Positions 58,392 through 64,000 of a stretch of DNA of 64,000 nt are shown here, piece by piece (position 1 is the stretch's first letter; every line of letters begins with the position of its first letter). The DNA is from Candidatus Aceula meridiana (lineage in GTDB: Bacteria > Omnitrophota > Gorgyraeia > Zapsychrales > Aceulaceae): NCBI GenBank assembly GCA_030765185.1, contig JAVCDE010000024.1, positions 315,538 to 379,537 of the forward strand, in the 5' to 3' direction. Under the pieces are notes generated by a model that was not told where the DNA came from, searched no databases, and worked only from the letters and a program-made list of their open reading frames with translations. Position numbers and translations under genes: made by a program.

Positions 58392-59768
58392 TTATAAATG
58401 GCTGATCGCTTGTTTTAAGCTTTCAACCGGAATAATTTCGAAATTCTTTGTCTGCGTCTGTATATCTTTAGCCTTCAAATTATTCTTAGGAAGCAGGCAA
58501 CGCTTAAACCCTAACTTTTCTGCTTCTTTAACGCGGGCCACCACTTGGCTGATGCTTCTAATTTCTGCAGATAGGCCCACCTCGCCTAAAACAACTAAAT
58601 CTTGTGGAATATTTTTATCTAACAATGCCGAGGCTACGGCTAAGGCTACAGCCAAATCAGCTGCCGGATCAACAACTCTTACACCTCCAACGACATTTAA
58701 AAAGATATCCTTATCCTGCAGCGATAGGCCCATTTTCTTTTCTAAAACCGCGGCTAATAAACTTAGCCGATTAGAATCAAAACCCTGAGTTTTTTGCCGT
58801 GCCATGCCAAAATTTGCCCGGCTGACCAATCCTTGAATCTCAACTAAAAAAGGCCTTGTCCCTTCCATAATAGGAACAACCACAGACCCAGAAGTATTGA
58901 CCGGCCGCTCAGATAAAAAAATCTCCGAAGGGTTCCTAACTTCTTTTAGCCCGCTTACTGTCATTTCAAAAACACCAATTTCATTGGTCGCGCCAAAACG
59001 ATTTTTCGTCGTCCGCAAAATACGATAGGTTGAATATCTTTCGCCTTCAAAATACAAAACCGTATCTACTAAATGCTCTAACACGCGCGGTCCGGCAAGC
59101 ATGCCTTCCTTAGTCACGTGCCCAATAAGAAAAAGCGCGATTCCTTTAGCCTTAGCCACTTGCGTTAAAAAAGACGCGCATTCCCTAACCTGGCTAACGC
59201 TTCCCGGAGATGAAGTCACCTCGGGATGATAAACAACCTGAATCGAATCAATCACAACCACATCAGGCTTTAAGGTCTCAAGCTGTTTAAGGATCACTCC
59301 TAGATCAACTTGATTGACGATATAAAGCTTTGAATTCTCATTTTCGCTTAAGCGGTCGGCACGCATCTTAGTTTGGGCAACAGATTCTTCCCCACTTACG
59401 TAAAAAACTTTTTGTCCCTTTTGGCTTAACGTGCACGCGATCTGCAAAGCAAGCGTTGATTTGCCTATGCCAGGATCACCACCTAAAAGCGTAACCGAAC
59501 CACGAACAACGCCACCGCCTAACACACGATTAAATTCTTCATTATCTGTTTTTAATCTTGGCACCGATTCGCCTAAGACATCGCTAAGCAGAACTGGCTC
59601 ATCAGTCGATGCCGACGCTGTGCTATGCGCGCTTAGAGAAGAAGAAGTATTTTCTTCAACCAAAGAATTCCAGCTCCCACAGCCCGAACACTTGCCAGAC
59701 CACGCAGGAGACTGCGTGCCGCACTCTTGGCAAACATAAACAGTTTTTGATTTTGCTATTTTTACCAT
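58392..59768 (-). CDS. radA: DNA repair protein RadA
   Basis: C4 zinc finger YVCQECG...CSGCGSW; Walker A LLGGDPGIGKSTL; KNRFG; Lon-like C-terminal domain; start placed at internal Met to avoid 150-nt overlap with upstream gene. Confidence 0.9.
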   Translation of the reverse strand: MVKIAKSKTVYVCQECGTQSPAWSGKCSGCGSWNSLVEENTSSSLSAHSTASASTDEPVLLSDVLGESVPRLKTDNEEFNRVLGGGVVRGSVTLLGGDPGIGKSTLALQIACTLSQKGQKVFYVSGEESVAQTKMRADRLSENENSKLYIVNQVDLGVILKQLETLKPDVVVIDSIQVVYHPEVTSSPGSVSQVRECASFLTQVAKAKGIALFLIGHVTKEGMLAGPRVLEHLVDTVLYFEGERYSTYRILRTTKNRFGATNEIGVFEMTVSGLKEVRNPSEIFLSERPVNTSGSVVVPIMEGTRPFLVEIQGLVSRANFGMARQKTQGFDSNRLSLLAAVLEKKMGLSLQDKDIFLNVVGGVRVVDPAADLAVALAVASALLDKNIPQDLVVLGEVGLSAEIRSISQVVARVKEAEKLGFKRCLLPKNNLKAKDIQTQTKNFEIIPVESLKQAISHL

Positions 59769-59781
59769 AATAATTTTTAAT

Positions 59782-60756
59782 TTAAAACTTAATACTGCGA
59801 TGAATCCCAAACATATCGGTTTCTTCAACGCCTGTTGCTTCACGCGGCTTTCGAAGCCGGTAATGAAAACCTGTTTCCCTCTCTCGCCCTTGGTCGTTTT
59901 GGCGGCGAATGGTCCATTGACGCTCAACATCGTTTCCTTGAATAATTGGCTCCATCTTTAATCTTGCCAACTGCTCGTGGAACTTTTGAAAATCTTGTGA
60001 AAGATCTAGCTCCCCTATCACTCTAACGCCAATCCCGTCACGCTCGGAAACACTTGTTTGTCTTAAATCAATCGTGGGGTAAAGCCCTTCAAAGCCGGCG
60101 ATAATATAATCGTAAGTAAAATTCTCAATCTCACCGTCATAAGAAGTTAGCAGTCCGCTTAAGAAAATTTGATCTGAAAACCCCGAAACTCGCATTTCTC
60201 CAGAAACCTCCCCTGCTGAGAAAATATCTCTTGCGCCAACCCAGGAAAAAAAATCCAACAAAGAAACATTGCGAAGCCCTAAATTTAAATCAACATCATA
60301 CGGTGAAACAAGGCCAAAATAGCCAACACATTTTAAATTTCCCAATTTAAGCGGCTTTAAATAAAACCGATCGCCACGAACTTCAAAATTTCCACTAGAA
60401 GGAAGAGGGCTCTTTGCAAAAAACGTTTCTACATCAGAAGGCGTCACACTTCCTTTTAAAAAAAGATCCGGGTCTTTCGGGTCTTCTATAATACGGGCGC
60501 TTCCTTCAATTCGAGTTGTAATCTCAAAAAGCATTGCTTTAAAACGGTCAGCGTCTAACGAAAACCGAATATCGCCCGTGTTTTCTTCAAAAGCATAAAA
60601 CGACAGCTGGCCATCTTTAAAAAAGTTAAAATCAATCTTAACTTCCTTAGCTGAGAAATCAGCTTGGCCCTCAAAAGTACATACAAGGCTTGCCGTAACC
60701 TTAGGAACCCAACAAAGCCAAAGGGCTACGAGCAGTAATAAAATTTTTTGATTCAT
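59782..60756 (-). CDS. hypothetical secreted protein (occupies the slot where disA sits in Bacillus)
   Basis: signal peptide MNQKILLLLVALWLCWVPKVTAS; no DisA motifs. Confidence 0.35.
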   Translation of the reverse strand: MNQKILLLLVALWLCWVPKVTASLVCTFEGQADFSAKEVKIDFNFFKDGQLSFYAFEENTGDIRFSLDADRFKAMLFEITTRIEGSARIIEDPKDPDLFLKGSVTPSDVETFFAKSPLPSSGNFEVRGDRFYLKPLKLGNLKCVGYFGLVSPYDVDLNLGLRNVSLLDFFSWVGARDIFSAGEVSGEMRVSGFSDQIFLSGLLTSYDGEIENFTYDYIIAGFEGLYPTIDLRQTSVSERDGIGVRVIGELDLSQDFQKFHEQLARLKMEPIIQGNDVERQWTIRRQNDQGRERETGFHYRLRKPREATGVEETDMFGIHRSIKF

Positions 60757-60761
60757 AAAAT

Positions 60762-63182
60762 TTAATCAAAAACCAAATGATCTTTATTGCGCTTAACTTT
60801 AATTACACTTCCCTCTTTAAATTTTCCGCCGATCAAATCTTCTGCGAGAGGGTCTTCGATATAGCGCTGAATAGTTCTCTTCAAGGGTCTGGCGCCGAAA
60901 GACGGATCGAAACCTTTTTCGATTAAAAGCTCAAGGGCGCCTTTATCAAGCTCAATCTTAAGACCATTATCGACAAGCCTTTCAGAGAACTCTTTAATCT
61001 CTAAATCAACAATCTTTTCTAAATCTTCTCGAGTTAATGATTGGAAGACGATAGTATCGTCTAAACGGTTTAAAAACTCCGGCTTAAACGTCTTTTTAAT
61101 TTCATCTAAAAGGCGTGTTTTCATATCTTGATAAGTTACTTCTTTATCTTGCGAGGCAAAGCCCAACGAACCCTTTTGGCGCAAAATTTCTGCGCCAACA
61201 TTCGATGTCATAATCACGATCGTGTTTCGAAAATCAACACGACGTCCCATGCTATCGGTTAGGCGTCCTTCTTCTAAAACTTGTAACAAAATATTGAAAA
61301 CATCCTGATGTGCTTTTTCAATTTCATCTAAAAGCACAACCGCATAAGGACGACGTCGAACTTTCTCGGTCAACTGGCCACCTTCCTCGTATCCGACGTA
61401 TCCCGGAGGTGCACCGACTAAACGAGAAACATTAAACTTGTCCATATACTCAGACATATCCAGCTGAATAATAGCCTCTTGATCACCAAACATAAACTCA
61501 GATAAAATACGAGCAAGATATGTTTTTCCAACTCCAGTCGGCCCTAAAAACATAAAAGAACCAATCGGACGTGATGGATTTTTGATTCCAGCACGAGATC
61601 GCCGTACCGCACGAGCAATAGCGCCAATGGCTTCTTTCTGCCCAATAACAGATTTAGAAAGATTCTCTTCGAGCTTTAAAAGCTTTTCGCTTTCTTTCTG
61701 CTCTAACCGAATCAAAGGGATTTTGGTCCATTGTGAAATTACGCGTGCAACATCCTCTTCAGTAATTGTTGTGATGACTGAGTCGCGTTTTTGCATCCAC
61801 TCTTTACGTCTGGCCTCCAAATTATCACGTGCCTCACGCTCTTTATCCCGCATCTGGGCAGCTTTTTCAAAATCTTGGCTTTTAATATAAGCTTCTTTAT
61901 CTTCCTTTAACTGCTCAATATTTCCTTCCATCTCTTTAATGTCGTCCGGAATGACCATAACGTTTAAACTAGCTCTGGCCCCGGTCTCATCCAAAATATC
62001 AACAGCCTTATCCGGTAAAAAACGTCCAGAAATATAGCGGTCAGTTAATTTCGTTGCCGCCTCAATTGCCTCCGGTGAATATCGGACGCGATGATGAGCT
62101 TCATATTTATCCTGAAGTCCTTTGAGAATTTGAATCGTCTCCTCAACAGATGGCGGATCAACCATAATCGTTTGAAATCGCCTTTCCAGCGCAGCATCTT
62201 TTTCAATATTCTTTCGATATTCATCAATCGTTGTCGCACCAATACACTGAATCTCCCCTCGCGCCAATGCCGGCTTTAAAATGTTGGCCGCGTCAATTGC
62301 GCCTTCAGCAGCTCCAGCACCAACGAGGGTATGGATCTCATCGATAAATAAAATAATCTTTTTTGAACGTTTAATCTCATCCATAATCGCTTTAATGCGT
62401 TCTTCAAATTGCCCGCGATATTTAGTCCCAGCAATCATCATCGCGAGATCTAAGACGATAATATCCTTTTCGCGCAAATTTTCTGTGACATCGCCCTTGA
62501 CAATCAGTTGAGCGAGGCCTTCGACAATAGCCGTTTTCCCAACGCCAGCTTCACCGATTAAAACAGGATTATTTTTATTGCGTCTTGTTAAAATCTGAAC
62601 AATACGTTCAATCTCTAACTTGCGTCCGATTACAGGGTCAAGTTTTCCTTCCCGAGCAAGCTTATTTAAATTGCGGCCATAAGCATTAATCGCAGGAGTC
62701 TTACCCTTTTTAGCTTCTGGCTCTTGCGCGCCAAAGCCCGGAATGCCAGAACCTAAAAGCTCCATAATTTCTGTTCGGGCTTTTTCTAAATCAACACCCA
62801 TATTTAAGAAAACGCGAAAAGCGACACCTTCGCCTTCGCGAATTAATCCTAACAAAAGATGCTCAGTCCCAATATAGTTGTGGCCTAAAGCACGGGCCTC
62901 TTCAGCGGAAAGCTCTAAAACTTTTTTTGACCGAGGCGTAAAAGGAATGTCTCCCATCACCTGTGTTTGCGGCCCTGGCTTGACCAATTTTTCTACTTCA
63001 ATGCGAATAGACTCAAGGTCTAGGCCTAGCTTTTGCAGAACTGCGGCAGCAACACCTTCGCCTTCGCGAACTAACCCAAGCAAAAGATGCTCTGTGCCGA
63101 TATAATCATGGTTAAAACGCTTGGCCTCTTCTTTAGCTAAAATAATTACTTTACGTGCTCTTTCTGTAAATCTGTTAAACAT
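60762..63182 (-). CDS. clpC: ATP-dependent Clp protease ATP-binding subunit ClpC
   Basis: duplicated Clp_N repeats; two AAA+ modules ([16 protein letters not shown]); UVR coiled coil; 806 aa. Confidence 0.95.
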   Translation of the reverse strand: MFNRFTERARKVIILAKEEAKRFNHDYIGTEHLLLGLVREGEGVAAAVLQKLGLDLESIRIEVEKLVKPGPQTQVMGDIPFTPRSKKVLELSAEEARALGHNYIGTEHLLLGLIREGEGVAFRVFLNMGVDLEKARTEIMELLGSGIPGFGAQEPEAKKGKTPAINAYGRNLNKLAREGKLDPVIGRKLEIERIVQILTRRNKNNPVLIGEAGVGKTAIVEGLAQLIVKGDVTENLREKDIIVLDLAMMIAGTKYRGQFEERIKAIMDEIKRSKKIILFIDEIHTLVGAGAAEGAIDAANILKPALARGEIQCIGATTIDEYRKNIEKDAALERRFQTIMVDPPSVEETIQILKGLQDKYEAHHRVRYSPEAIEAATKLTDRYISGRFLPDKAVDILDETGARASLNVMVIPDDIKEMEGNIEQLKEDKEAYIKSQDFEKAAQMRDKEREARDNLEARRKEWMQKRDSVITTITEEDVARVISQWTKIPLIRLEQKESEKLLKLEENLSKSVIGQKEAIGAIARAVRRSRAGIKNPSRPIGSFMFLGPTGVGKTYLARILSEFMFGDQEAIIQLDMSEYMDKFNVSRLVGAPPGYVGYEEGGQLTEKVRRRPYAVVLLDEIEKAHQDVFNILLQVLEEGRLTDSMGRRVDFRNTIVIMTSNVGAEILRQKGSLGFASQDKEVTYQDMKTRLLDEIKKTFKPEFLNRLDDTIVFQSLTREDLEKIVDLEIKEFSERLVDNGLKIELDKGALELLIEKGFDPSFGARPLKRTIQRYIEDPLAEDLIGGKFKEGSVIKVKRNKDHLVFD

Positions 63183-63234
63183 CTTTTCCTCCTATTAAAC
63201 TATTAAAACGAATAAATAATAAATAAATGAAAAA

Positions 63235-64000
63235 TTATTTTTCCAACTTTTCTCGGATCAGTGATGCCCTCTTGGCATCACGCTCTGTTGCCGAGAGCTT
63301 TTTTCCTTCTATCTTTTGAAGATGCGCCGGCTGAATCATAATAAAAAGTTCATTAATAGCCTGCGTATCAACATCTTTAATAACACCTGAATCAATGCCA
63401 AGTCGGACCATTGATAACAAGTCAACAGTCTCTTGGCTTGAAATAATATGCGCGTTTCTTAAAACACCGTAGGAACGACAAATCTTATCCTCTAAGACAG
63501 CTTTATTTTGAACCAACAATGTCTGGCGTGCCTGCTCTTCTTGTTCGATAACCTGACGCACAAGGCCATTAATATTTTGTAAAATATCTTCCTCGCTATG
63601 ACCCAAAGAAACTTGGTTAGATATCTGGAAAAAATTTCCAATCGCCTGCGTTCCCTCTCCATAAAATCCTCTTGAAGCAAAACTAAGCTTAGCAATAGCC
63701 TCAAGTACTTTATTAATCTGCTTGGTCATGACTAGAGCCGGCAGATGCAACATCACCGATCCTCGGATGCCAGTTCCGGTATTTGTCGGACATGCGGTTA
63801 AATAACCCCACTGATCATCATAAGCAAAATTAATATTCTTTGATAACTCATTATCGATAGTATCCATAATTTTCCACGTCTCGAACAAATTAAAGCCCGA
63901 CTGCATAGCCTGAACGCGCAGATGATCCTCTTCGTTGATCATAATCGATAAAATCTCTTCTTTAGAAAAAGCAATTGCGCGCCCTTCTCCAGAGGCAGCA
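63235..64000 (-). CDS. mcsB: protein arginine kinase McsB (5' end beyond window)
   Basis: guanido-kinase active site CPTNTGTGIRGSVMLHLPAL; frame stays open upstream of track Met to the window edge. Confidence 0.8.
   Translation of the reverse strand, partial: AASGEGRAIAFSKEEILSIMINEEDHLRVQAMQSGFNLFETWKIMDTIDNELSKNINFAYDDQWGYLTACPTNTGTGIRGSVMLHLPALVMTKQINKVLEAIAKLSFASRGFYGEGTQAIGNFFQISNQVSLGHSEEDILQNINGLVRQVIEQEEQARQTLLVQNKAVLEDKICRSYGVLRNAHIISSQETVDLLSMVRLGIDSGVIKDVDTQAINELFIMIQPAHLQKIEGKKLSATERDAKRASLIREKLEK

Overview
This 64-kb window comes from a low-GC bacterium, probably diderm. It has LptF/LptG permeases and a type IV pilus/pseudopilin cluster with a PilB ATPase and a PilZ protein. Gene order is Bacillus-like: mcsB-clpC-radA-yacL(PIN/TRAM)-ispD-ispF-cysE-cysS, tmk-holB-PSP1(yaaT), tsaE-tsaB-alr, plus metG, mtnA, thiL, ssb, lpd, pyrE, comF, hcp-rrf2 and an orphan histidine kinase. 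Most genes are on the minus strand and pack into operon-like runs. The main accessory feature is a ~5.6-kb integrative island (19218-24829) inserted into the 3' end of the tmRNA (ssrA) gene next to smpB. A 21-bp direct repeat of the tmRNA 3' end bounds it. The island carries a large serine recombinase whose ORF reads through the att site, an AlpA-like excisionase and an XRE repressor with a phage-like divergent promoter. Its cargo is three uncharacterised genes: a membrane-anchored beta-propeller protein and a two-gene operon of small proteins (212 and 255 aa). The 255-aa protein has an Rx4H (HEPN-like) motif and a GS-x11-DxD (nucleotidyltransferase-like) motif. This pair is the best candidate for an undescribed toxin/defence-type module. 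Other notable items are listed below. An intact tRNA-Leu(CAG) sits among two 5' and one 3' tRNA-Leu fragments, downstream of a consensus promoter. A ~72-bp hairpin+T-run element occurs both inside the island and in the core. A Maf-M48 peptidase in-frame fusion has an internal lipoprotein signal. A perfect 10-5-10 palindrome sits before rrf2-hcp-cupin. A 17-aa Lys-rich ORF has a strong SD. Three giant polytopic membrane proteins form a cluster. No CRISPR array and no rRNA are present.
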